NCBI GenBank assembly: GCA_963667015.2
Contig: CAXXJJ010000001.1
Span: 2,400,001 to 2,464,000, forward strand
Reading direction: 5' to 3'
DNA: 64,000 nt
Origin: Desulfatiglandales bacterium
Lineage (GTDB): Bacteria > Desulfobacterota > DSM-4660 > Desulfatiglandales > HGW-15
A program made the translations under genes and the position numbers. Positions 10,719-19,365 of this stretch are shown one piece after another (position 1 is the stretch's first letter; the number at the start of each line of letters is the position of its first letter). The notes below the pieces were generated by a model. That model was not told where the DNA came from. It did no database searches and worked only from the letters and a program-made list of their open reading frames with translations.

Positions 10719-10776
10719 GCCACGAAGGCTTATTACCGGCATGAACTATGCCTGAAATGCTTTTGAGGCTTTTTTT
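10719..10776 (+). promoter_or_regulatory. Second copy of the GCC-ACGAA-GGC / terminator leader, upstream of the DUF4198 gene
   Basis: GCCACGAAGGC pairs with GCTTTTGAGGC (10759-10769) around an inner GGCAT/ATGCC stem, followed by T7. Confidence 0.6.
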
Positions 10777-10831
10777 ATTGTCAACAGTGTTATTCCAAAT
10801 AGAAATCAATTTTTTTAAGGAGAAAATAATT

Positions 10832-11602
10832 ATGAAAAAATTGAGTATCACGGCAGTATCTACAGTATTATTTCTGATGATGTGCAGCACCGGTTTAGCC
10901 CACTTCGGGATGATCATCCCTTCGGACAGCATGGTAATGCAGGGGGATGCAAGGGATCTGTCTTTGACTGCATCCTTTTCACACCCCTTTGAAATGGTTG
11001 GTATGGATATGGAAAAACCCGCAAAATTTGAACTGTTTCTCAATGGTAACAAAACCGATCTCCTTCCATCACTAAAAGAGACAAAGGCCATGGACAGGAA
11101 GGCATGGGTATCGGAATATAAAATAAAGAGACCCGGAGTCTACTGGTTTAATATGGAACCCAAACCCTACTGGGAGCCGGCAGAGGATTGCTATATAGTA
11201 CATTACACCAAAACTATCGTTGCAGCCTTTGGCGCGGATGAAGGCTGGGATGAACCCCTTGGACTAAAAACCGAGATTGTTCCTGTTACCAGACCATTCG
11301 GGCTTTATGCAGGAAATGTCTTTCAGGGGATCGTGCTTGTTGACGGAAAGCCCGCACCTGGAACAGAGGTGGAAATAGAGTATTATAATAAAGATAAAAA
11401 GGGTGAAGCTCCCAATGACTATTTTGTTACCCAGGTGGTAAAGGCAGATAAAAACGGCGTATTTACATATGCAGTGCCAAAGGCCGGCTGGTGGGGTTTT
11501 GCAGGGCTTAACACATCCGATAAAAAGATAAAGCATGACGGAGAAGACAAGGATGTGGAGATAGGTGCAGTTCTCTGGATAGAGTTCAAAGAGATGAAAT
11601 AA
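10832..11602 (+). CDS. DUF4198 / NikK-like periplasmic Ni/Co uptake component
   Basis: RBS AAGGAG, signal peptide [32 protein letters not shown]. Confidence 0.85.
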   Translation: MKKLSITAVSTVLFLMMCSTGLAHFGMIIPSDSMVMQGDARDLSLTASFSHPFEMVGMDMEKPAKFELFLNGNKTDLLPSLKETKAMDRKAWVSEYKIKRPGVYWFNMEPKPYWEPAEDCYIVHYTKTIVAAFGADEGWDEPLGLKTEIVPVTRPFGLYAGNVFQGIVLVDGKPAPGTEVEIEYYNKDKKGEAPNDYFVTQVVKADKNGVFTYAVPKAGWWGFAGLNTSDKKIKHDGEDKDVEIGAVLWIEFKEMK

Positions 11603-11722
11603 CAGCGGAAAAAATTATTAAAAACTATTTCATATATCTGGAAGCCCTTTTAAGCGCAAGGCATACAGTGCCCCTAAAGGGTCTTCATTTAGAGTGAAAG
11701 CCTTATAACTCTCTTAAAGGCA

Positions 11723-11849
11723 AGATCTCTCCTGGAATTTATCCCGCTGTTTTCTGGCGGGAGTCGAGATGACAGTAACGCATGACACGACAATAGGGCC
11801 AGAGGGAATCCAGACACCGAACGTCATTCCAGTGAAGACGGGAATCCAA
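11723..11849. repeat. REP-like repeat cluster
   Basis: Inverted copy of the 7325 unit (shared 25-mer CAGCGGGATAAATTCCAGGAGAGAT), plus GTCATTCC..GGGAATCC units. Confidence 0.75.
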
Positions 11850-12023
11850 TTGTTTTTTTGTGATTTATTGAATCTATCAGGAACGAAGGTCTGACACTGG
11901 TTAATTTGTTTTTAAAGGTTTTGACAAGTAATCAAAATATCGATTTTATGACAATCTTTCTGTATAACATTCAAAATGTAAAGATATCTGGAACTGGTGA
12001 ATGACGTGTTATACCATCAAAAA

Positions 12024-12863
12024 ATGACACTTTTAAAAATGAGAAAGAGACTAAAATATATAATTGCAATAGGTGCAATTTTTATCTTGGGAATTATTGT
12101 TTATAGCTTTCTATATGGCAAACTGTTCCCTTACTCCCCCGTCATTATCGGGTTTTCTAAAAATGAATTAACCAACACTGTTATTTATATTCAAAAAGGC
12201 ACCGAATACCCTGACCTCATTAAAATTGATTCTTTGATCCCTGGCGTTGAAAAATTTCATGGATGGAAGTTTTTAAATAAGCCAAGAATATTTATTTTTA
12301 AAGACAAAAACAGTTATTATAAACGCTCAATTTCCAAGGCACGGTTCTGTGCCTTTTATAATGGCGATTTAATTGTTTCTCCGTGGGCATTAAAAGAAGC
12401 AGAAGATGGTAAAATTTCTTTAGAAATTTATCTTACACATGAATTGTCCCATTGTTTACTTCATCAGCATTCAGGTATTTTGCGAGCTTTTAAATATCCG
12501 GAATGGTTACTTGAAGGTATCGCTGTTTATGGTGCAAACCAAATGGGAACATCATGGTATCCTTCAAAAAAAGAAACATATAATTATATTCGAAAAGGCA
12601 ATTTTATGCCTCCCGAATATTTCAAGACAAATAAAGAAGACCAGATCAATCTTGATGTTCAATACAGAATTACATTCATGTATTCTGAATTTGCGTGCAT
12701 TGTTGATTATCTTATAGAAAAATATGGAAAGGAATATTTTTTATCATATATGAAAGAGCTCACAAATAACAGCAACCATGATATGGTTTTTAAGAATGTT
12801 TACAGTATTGAGTTTGGTAAATGTATCCAGGATTTCAGAGAATCAATAATGCGCCAACCATAA
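12024..12863 (+). CDS. Putative membrane-anchored gluzincin/MA-clan metallopeptidase
   Basis: N-terminal TM; HELSH...PEWLLEGIA (HExxH plus downstream E). Start uncertain (11997/12024/12039). Confidence 0.7.
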   Translation: MTLLKMRKRLKYIIAIGAIFILGIIVYSFLYGKLFPYSPVIIGFSKNELTNTVIYIQKGTEYPDLIKIDSLIPGVEKFHGWKFLNKPRIFIFKDKNSYYKRSISKARFCAFYNGDLIVSPWALKEAEDGKISLEIYLTHELSHCLLHQHSGILRAFKYPEWLLEGIAVYGANQMGTSWYPSKKETYNYIRKGNFMPPEYFKTNKEDQINLDVQYRITFMYSEFACIVDYLIEKYGKEYFLSYMKELTNNSNHDMVFKNVYSIEFGKCIQDFRESIMRQP

Positions 12864-12960
12864 GACTGGTATACCCCTTTGCTTGTAAGGACGAGCAAAA
12901 CTACCGCGCGCCTCACAGCAATACGCTGAGTCTGTCCAAAAACACTATTGTAAAATTTAA

Positions 12961-13611
12961 ATGAGCAGTGCAGTTAAAAACGGCTTTCAAAAATGCACCA
13001 CAATCGACGATCTCCAAAAAAGTCTTTCAGAAGGAGCCGTCTCCGTGGACGTGAACATTGAAAAAGACACTCAAAATTCAGCAGCAGGATTGATATATCA
13101 AATTAACTCCGACACAAATAATTATTATGCTTTTGTTCTATCTAAACCTAATACCTATGCAATATATCAAAGGACACAGGAAGGTTTAAAGAAAATGGTG
13201 GGTGGAACCGCCAAAGAGATTTATCCAAACAGGAACAATAAGTTAACCATAATTACCTGTGGAAAGGTAAAGATGGGCTCAGGAAAATATTCATCTTCAG
13301 ATGCCTTAGTCTTGTATTTGCTGAAATTTCAGAAGAGATATACAATTTGTCCGCCCTTTGAGGTTGTTTCCAATATATTGACCAAATTGAATGACAAAGA
13401 AATCAACAAAAAAGCAGTAGCTCTATTCTGGATGCAATACAGCACAACATCGGATGTAAACGAAGGTATTGGAAAGCCAACATTTTTAAAGGATATTTTT
13501 GAGTGGTACATCCTTGTCAAGCAGACAGAAAAGATGAAGATAAGCAATGCTCGTCTAAAAGGATATGTAGGGGCGGAAGAAGCCTGGAGAAAGGCGATGA
13601 ATTCTCAGTAG
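12961..13611 (+). CDS. Hypothetical protein, possibly a chimeric fragment
   Basis: 216-aa AT-rich ORF with no clear RBS. Confidence 0.4.
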   Translation: MSSAVKNGFQKCTTIDDLQKSLSEGAVSVDVNIEKDTQNSAAGLIYQINSDTNNYYAFVLSKPNTYAIYQRTQEGLKKMVGGTAKEIYPNRNNKLTIITCGKVKMGSGKYSSSDALVLYLLKFQKRYTICPPFEVVSNILTKLNDKEINKKAVALFWMQYSTTSDVNEGIGKPTFLKDIFEWYILVKQTEKMKISNARLKGYVGAEEAWRKAMNSQ

Positions 13612-13758
13612 AAGTCCTGGGAAAGATCCACACAAAGAGAAGGTGAATATCTATTAAAACGTGATTGGATAGATTGGGGGCAAATTGAAATATTGAATTT
13701 TTTTGGCAAAAAACAATAAAGTAAAGGGGGCTGCGAATAACTCTTAATGCTTGGGGAT

Positions 13759-15009
13759 TTAAGGAGCTGCAATTGATGTTGTTTTCTTGAATCTTAAAGC
13801 CAGTATGAATGCAAAGATACTGAATATAAATGCCAGCAGGATTGCATATTGATAGTGCGACGTAAGGTCATAGATTTTACCGCCAGTATAGGGCCCCATG
13901 GCACCGAGGATATTACTTACAAAAATCAAAAGACCCATGAGCGCTGCCATTGATTTAACCCCGAAAAGTCCCCCTATAAAGAGAGGCATCTGCGGAATTT
14001 CACCTCCATAGGCAAAACCGAAAATTATGGCAAAGATATAGAAATCAGCCGCAGAACGACAGAAAAAGAGCCAGAAAAGGGAGATAATCCTAAGTACATT
14101 GCATATTAAGAGTGAATTGTGTGTACCTATCCTTGCGCTTGCACTTCCCATTACGAGCCGTCCGGCTATGCTTACAACACCTATGGTGCTTATAAACCCG
14201 GCTGCCTTCATTGAGGATATACCCATGTCCGTTGCATAGTTTACAAGGTGGATCATTATCATATGCATACAGAACAGGATAAAGGAAAAGATCGTATTGA
14301 GCATCAGCATCTCCTTGCTGAATGCGGCTTCCTTAAATGATTTTTCAGGTACAGTATTTAAAATAATGCTGCTTTCGGATATGTCCTTTCCGCTCTCCTG
14401 TGGAGGCAGTCTCAGCAGGAAAGATGTTGATATGATCAGGAGGCCTGCACACAATCCCAATGCAATAAAAACGAACTGCCAGCCGTAAGTATTTATAAGC
14501 CTCTCGGAAAGTGGAACAATGGTGAGTGTACCCAGTCCGGAACCAGTTGATGTGATAGCAAGGGCTATGGCACGTTTTCTGTTGAACCACCTTGATGTTA
14601 CAGCACTGCCTATTGTAAATGACCCGCTGAGACCGATGCTAAGTATCAGGCCATAGGTAAGGTAAAACTGCCATAACTGGTTTACATATCCTGAAAGGAT
14701 CAACCCCAGGGCCAGCATTATTCCGCAGAAGGAAGTCATCTTTATGGGGCCGTAGCGGTCGGAAAGCCAGCCGGTAAGGATGGATACTGCCCCTCTTAAA
14801 ACGAGTGAAATCGAATAAACCGATGAAACCGTTGCCCTGTCCCACTCAAATGTATCGATGATAGGCTTGAAGAATACACTGTAGCTGTACATTATCCCAT
14901 AGCCGATTCCCATGAGGAGGGTGGCCACGAATACAATGACCCAGCCATAGTAGATGCTGGTGGCTGACGTAAATCTGTCGGTAAAATATGGTTTAGGTGG
15001 TGCTGCCAT
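13759..15009 (-). CDS. MFS transporter (OFA/MCT-like)
   Basis: ~12 TMs, YYGWVIV, GWLSDRYG, RWFNRKRA. Confidence 0.9.
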   Translation of the reverse strand: MAAPPKPYFTDRFTSATSIYYGWVIVFVATLLMGIGYGIMYSYSVFFKPIIDTFEWDRATVSSVYSISLVLRGAVSILTGWLSDRYGPIKMTSFCGIMLALGLILSGYVNQLWQFYLTYGLILSIGLSGSFTIGSAVTSRWFNRKRAIALAITSTGSGLGTLTIVPLSERLINTYGWQFVFIALGLCAGLLIISTSFLLRLPPQESGKDISESSIILNTVPEKSFKEAAFSKEMLMLNTIFSFILFCMHMIMIHLVNYATDMGISSMKAAGFISTIGVVSIAGRLVMGSASARIGTHNSLLICNVLRIISLFWLFFCRSAADFYIFAIIFGFAYGGEIPQMPLFIGGLFGVKSMAALMGLLIFVSNILGAMGPYTGGKIYDLTSHYQYAILLAFIFSIFAFILALRFKKTTSIAAP

Positions 15010-15018
15010 ATATTGAAT

Positions 15019-15050
15019 AAGCCACCCTGCCTTTAAGGCGGGGTGGCTTT
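15019..15050. terminator. GC-rich hairpin between the UPF0182 and MFS genes
   Basis: AAGCCACCCTGCC-TTTAA-GGCGGGGTGGCTT inverted repeat. Confidence 0.5.
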
Positions 15051-15104
15051 ATGTCCTGCTTAATCCGGTGTTTTTAGCTGAATGCCTTCGTCAGGTGACG
15101 ATTG

Positions 15105-17963
15105 CTATTTCTCCTTCTCTGACATTGTTGTCAGTATCTTTTCAAGCTCTTCAAGCTCTTTACCATATCCTGCCCAGTTTTCCTGACGAAGGTATTCCTT
15201 TGCCTTCCTGTAATGGGCAAGGGCCTCTTTCGCTGTTTCTGAAAGGCTAGATTCGGAACCTGCCACAGGGATAATGGTTTCGGTTGTGACGGGTTGTTCC
15301 GGGATTATTTCTGTCCCGAGTATCTCTCTTAATGCTTCATCCAGTTTCTCATGCATTACCAGCTTGTTTCCAAAGGCTAATATGACCCTCTTCAGCTCCG
15401 GAAGTGATGCCGATGCCTTGGCATTTCTTCTTCCCGCCACACCCTGGTTTCCGGCCTGGGGTTTGGGGAAGAATCCCTTCTGGGCGGGTGCAGGTGCCGG
15501 CCCGGAAGTTGATTCCTGCTTTGCCTCGAGATAGACCGGTTCGGCATATATAAAGGAATCTCCAAGGGGTATGGCAAGCAGGTTTCCCCTGATTACCCTT
15601 GATCCCCTCTGGTCCCAGAGACTCAGTTCCCTTGAAATTTCTGTCTGCTGGTCAATCCTTGCCTCTATCTGCATTGGCCCGTATACCAGTTTTCCTTTAG
15701 GTAGTTTATATTCAAACAGGTTTCCATAATCAGGCTGATCGCATCTTGCCGCAAGCCACCCCAGCATATTATCTTTCTGATAGGGGGTAAAAGGCAGCAT
15801 AAGAAGAAATTCCTCTTTTTCTTCATCCGGCAGTTTGATTATTATATAGTAGGGCTCCATCTCAAGACGGGTATCTCCATAGAGCTCATCCGGTTTCTGC
15901 CATAGATCTTCCTGGTTGTAAAATACCTGCACATCGGTCATATGATATTTTGTATATGTGCCCACCTGGATTTTAAAGAGGTCCTTGGGATATCTTACAT
16001 GTTTTTTCAGACCCTCGGGCATGGCCTCAAAGGGTTTAAAGAGATAGGGGAAAATGGATTTATATGTTTTAAGTATAGGATCCTTTTCATCCATGGAATA
16101 AAAATCTACCTTTCCATTATAGGCGTCAACAACAACCTTTACGGAATTTCGGATGTAATTGATGTATTTACTGGTTCCGGGTATCTGGGACCTTACAGAG
16201 TACGGGTACATGTCCGAAGTAGTGTATGCATCCATAATCCAGAAAAGCCTGCCATTGGATACAACCATGTAGGGATCGCTGTCATACTGAAGGAAAGGAG
16301 CTATAATATTAAGCCTGTTCCTGATCCTCCTGTTATACATAATACGGCTTTCAGGTGTAAGGGATGTGGTAAAGAGAATCTGCGGGTCCATAAACTCAAT
16401 GGCAAACAGTAGCTTTTTTATAAACGTGCCTATGGGTACGCCACCTTCTCCCTGATAAATGGTAAAGATATTCTTGTCTCCCTTACCATAATCGAATTCC
16501 TCTTCCTTTGTTTTTATGAGGATATAATCCTCTGTGCTTTCACCAAAATATATTTCAGGCCTGTCTACCCGCATGTCAGCATCGGAGACAGGCGGAATGT
16601 CCTTTAAAATAAGGTGTGGAAGCCCTTCCTTTGTGACTTCATTGACAGTACTTGAGACAAGACCATAACCATGGGTATATTTAAGGTGCCTGTTGACCCA
16701 TGTGTTTGCCTGGGGTGGAAGCTTACTGGCAACGAGTTCTCTTGCTGAAAGCATTATCTGGCGATATTTGCCGTTAATCTGATACCTGTCTACATCTACG
16801 TTGTTAAAGTCATAGTAGAGCCTGATTGCTTCGAGCTGTTTGTAGGTCTGGAGAAGCGGTCTTTCATCCCATACCCTGATATTTTCAATTGTAGCTTCGT
16901 TTTCAGCCAGAGTTTCAGGTGATATGCTATCGCTTACATAGAATGGAACCTCTTTCATTTTATTGAGGTTATATGCCTCGCGGGTAAACTTGATGTTATG
17001 CTCGATATATGGAGCTTCCTTTGCAAGTTCATTCGGCTTTACAATAAATTTCTGGGCCATTGGCGGGATGACATAGGAAAGGAGAACAATGGCACCGATC
17101 CAGACGATTCCTCCCTTCAGGATCATCTTCATGTTGGGTTTTATGGCGTTATATATGAGCAGCCCTGCAAACAGGAGAGAAATAACCATGAGTATCCTGT
17201 AGGCAAGTACCTTTATATTTACATCTGTATAACTCGCTCCAAATGCAGGTCCCTGGATTGAAAACAGGAGTTCGTATATCTTAAGGAAAAATCCCCATGA
17301 TATAAAAAGCATGATTATGCCGCACAGGAATATAAGGTGTCTTTTTGCATTATGAGCAATTTTTATCGTGGGAGGGGCTGGCGGTGCCCCGTCCATGGGC
17401 ATATCTCCCTCTATCTGGATTGCTCCGGTTTTGAGGTACCAGATGGCTGTAATAGCCGTTGAAACTGCAATAAGGAAAATAAGTCCGTTTTTTATAAGGA
17501 TCTGAAATGGAAGTGTAAACATGTAGAAACCAATATCCCTGTTAAAAACCGGGTCAACAGTCCCAAAGGGTTCCTGATACAGGTATCTTAAAATAAGATC
17601 CCAGTGCTTGGAGCTTTTATATGCTACTACAAAGCTGAGAATAAGTATAAGGGCAAGGATGAGGGTATTGAGCGTTTTGTCTGACATTCCAAACTGGGCG
17701 GCATAGTTGCTCTTTTCAGTGACTGATGTACCGGAAGCGCCCGGGTTAAGCCGTTTACCGGCAAAAATATTCACTGAGATAAGGGTTATGAGAAGCAGCC
17801 AGACGATCACTCCGAAACCGTATTTACTGAAGAGCATCTTCATGAATACCGGTGAAAATCCCAGGTTGTCAAACCAGAGCCAGTCCGGATAAAGTGAGAT
17901 TACCGACCATAAAATAAATACTATAATAAGGCCAAATCCTATCAGCAGCCGCTTTTTGTCCAT
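15105..17963 (-). CDS. UPF0182 family membrane protein
   Basis: DWLWFDNLGF, DPVFNRDIGFYMFTLP, NYIRNSVKVVVDAYNG, VIRGNLL. Confidence 0.92.
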   Translation of the reverse strand: MDKKRLLIGFGLIIVFILWSVISLYPDWLWFDNLGFSPVFMKMLFSKYGFGVIVWLLLITLISVNIFAGKRLNPGASGTSVTEKSNYAAQFGMSDKTLNTLILALILILSFVVAYKSSKHWDLILRYLYQEPFGTVDPVFNRDIGFYMFTLPFQILIKNGLIFLIAVSTAITAIWYLKTGAIQIEGDMPMDGAPPAPPTIKIAHNAKRHLIFLCGIIMLFISWGFFLKIYELLFSIQGPAFGASYTDVNIKVLAYRILMVISLLFAGLLIYNAIKPNMKMILKGGIVWIGAIVLLSYVIPPMAQKFIVKPNELAKEAPYIEHNIKFTREAYNLNKMKEVPFYVSDSISPETLAENEATIENIRVWDERPLLQTYKQLEAIRLYYDFNNVDVDRYQINGKYRQIMLSARELVASKLPPQANTWVNRHLKYTHGYGLVSSTVNEVTKEGLPHLILKDIPPVSDADMRVDRPEIYFGESTEDYILIKTKEEEFDYGKGDKNIFTIYQGEGGVPIGTFIKKLLFAIEFMDPQILFTTSLTPESRIMYNRRIRNRLNIIAPFLQYDSDPYMVVSNGRLFWIMDAYTTSDMYPYSVRSQIPGTSKYINYIRNSVKVVVDAYNGKVDFYSMDEKDPILKTYKSIFPYLFKPFEAMPEGLKKHVRYPKDLFKIQVGTYTKYHMTDVQVFYNQEDLWQKPDELYGDTRLEMEPYYIIIKLPDEEKEEFLLMLPFTPYQKDNMLGWLAARCDQPDYGNLFEYKLPKGKLVYGPMQIEARIDQQTEISRELSLWDQRGSRVIRGNLLAIPLGDSFIYAEPVYLEAKQESTSGPAPAPAQKGFFPKPQAGNQGVAGRRNAKASASLPELKRVILAFGNKLVMHEKLDEALREILGTEIIPEQPVTTETIIPVAGSESSLSETAKEALAHYRKAKEYLRQENWAGYGKELEELEKILTTMSEKEK

Positions 17964-18122
17964 AAATATCTCTCCTTGGTATGTACGTGTGAAAAGGGCA
18001 CCCTAGCATGTATGTAATTAAAAAGGAAGAAGATTATCTTGCAATAAAACCCTTGACATTGAAGCAGGTAATGGATTAAATTTCCTGAAAAATCAGGAAA
18101 GTTGTTTAGATACAGGAACGAA

Positions 18123-18197
18123 ATGACAAAGAATATAATAAAAAACAGATTTTGGTGGTGGCGCTGGTGGAACAGGGAGGGGTTTGTCGTCCTTTAG
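18123..18197 (+). CDS. Trp-rich leader peptide MTKNIIKNRFWWWRWWNREGFVVL
   Basis: 24 codons including five TGG; RBS AGGA; TTGACA at 18053; precedes terminators and aroF. Too short for the ORF track. Confidence 0.85.
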   Translation: MTKNIIKNRFWWWRWWNREGFVVL

Positions 18198-18232
18198 AAT
18201 TTTACCTTTGTCATTCAGGAAATATAATAGGG

Positions 18233-18302
18233 ACCGCGGACTTCGAAACATTTCCCGCGGTTTTTTGTTTTAAAGGCTGTGGGAAACCATCAGCCTTTTT
18301 TT
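18233..18302 (+). terminator. Attenuator terminator(s) of the aroF leader
   Basis: ACCGCGG...CCGCGGT then T-tract (18233-18266); second hairpin AAAGGCTG..CAGCCTTT then T-tract (18272-18302). Confidence 0.8.
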
Positions 18303-18336
18303 TGGCCTGAAGAAAAACATTATAGGGAGATAAAAA

Positions 18337-19344
18337 ATGTTACTTGTAATGAAAAAAAACGCAACAGAAGAAGAGATTGAAAATGTAATAAATACTATCA
18401 ACGATCAGGGGTATACGCCAAGACCCATTCCCGGAGGGGAAAGGGTATCAATCGGTATCCTTTATAACAAGGGGCCTGTAGATGGTGCGCTTTTTCTGGG
18501 GATGCCCGGTGTACAGGATGCCATACCTGTGACAAAACCCTATAAGCTTGTCAGCCGCGAATTTAAGCCTGAGGGAACGATTGTAGATGTAGGAGGAGTA
18601 AAGGTAGGAAACGGCAATATTGCGATGATTGCAGGGCCATGTGCAGTTGAAAGCGAAGAACAGTGTCTTATTATAGCAAAAAAAGTAAAGGAAGCAGGGG
18701 CCAATATGTTCAGGGGCGGCGCATTCAAACCGAGGACATCTCCCTATTCATTTCAGGGACTTGGACAGGAAGGGCTGAGAATACTTGAAAAGGTAAGGGC
18801 AGAAACAGGATTACCTGTAGTAACCGAGGTTCTGGACCTGACAACATTTGATATGGTTGAAGAGAGTGCAGACCTGATCCAGATCGGGACAAGAAATATG
18901 CAGAATTTCAGCCTTCTTAAAAGAGCAGGGGCCTCAAAAAAGCCTGTCCTTTTAAAGAGGGGTATGGCCGCCACAATAGAAGAATGGCTGATGGCAGCGG
19001 AATACATACTGGCTGAAGGGAATTCACAGGTCATTCTCTGCGAGAGGGGTGTAAGGACATTTGTAAATCACAGCCGGAATACACTTGATCTTTCTGCAGT
19101 ACCTGTTGTCAAAAATGAAAGCCATCTTCCGATTATCATCGATCCGAGTCATGCGGCAGGAAAAAGAGACCAGGTGATTCCTCTGAGCAGAGCCGCAATG
19201 GCTGTTGAGGCAAACGGCCTTATCGTGGAAGTTCATCATGATCCGGGAAGAGCATTGAGCGACGGGGCCCAGTCTTTATATCCCGAACAGTTTGAGCAGC
19301 TTTGCAGGCAGGTAAATACCATCTATAACAGTTTGAAGAACTGA
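18337..19344 (+). CDS. aroF: DAHP synthase class I-beta with N-terminal regulatory domain
   Basis: IAGPCAVES, GGAFKPRTSPYSFQG, QIGTRNMQN, LCERG, DPSH, SDGAQSL. Confidence 0.95.
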   Translation: MLLVMKKNATEEEIENVINTINDQGYTPRPIPGGERVSIGILYNKGPVDGALFLGMPGVQDAIPVTKPYKLVSREFKPEGTIVDVGGVKVGNGNIAMIAGPCAVESEEQCLIIAKKVKEAGANMFRGGAFKPRTSPYSFQGLGQEGLRILEKVRAETGLPVVTEVLDLTTFDMVEESADLIQIGTRNMQNFSLLKRAGASKKPVLLKRGMAATIEEWLMAAEYILAEGNSQVILCERGVRTFVNHSRNTLDLSAVPVVKNESHLPIIIDPSHAAGKRDQVIPLSRAAMAVEANGLIVEVHHDPGRALSDGAQSLYPEQFEQLCRQVNTIYNSLKN

Positions 19345-19365
19345 ATAAACAGGAGGTATATCCGG

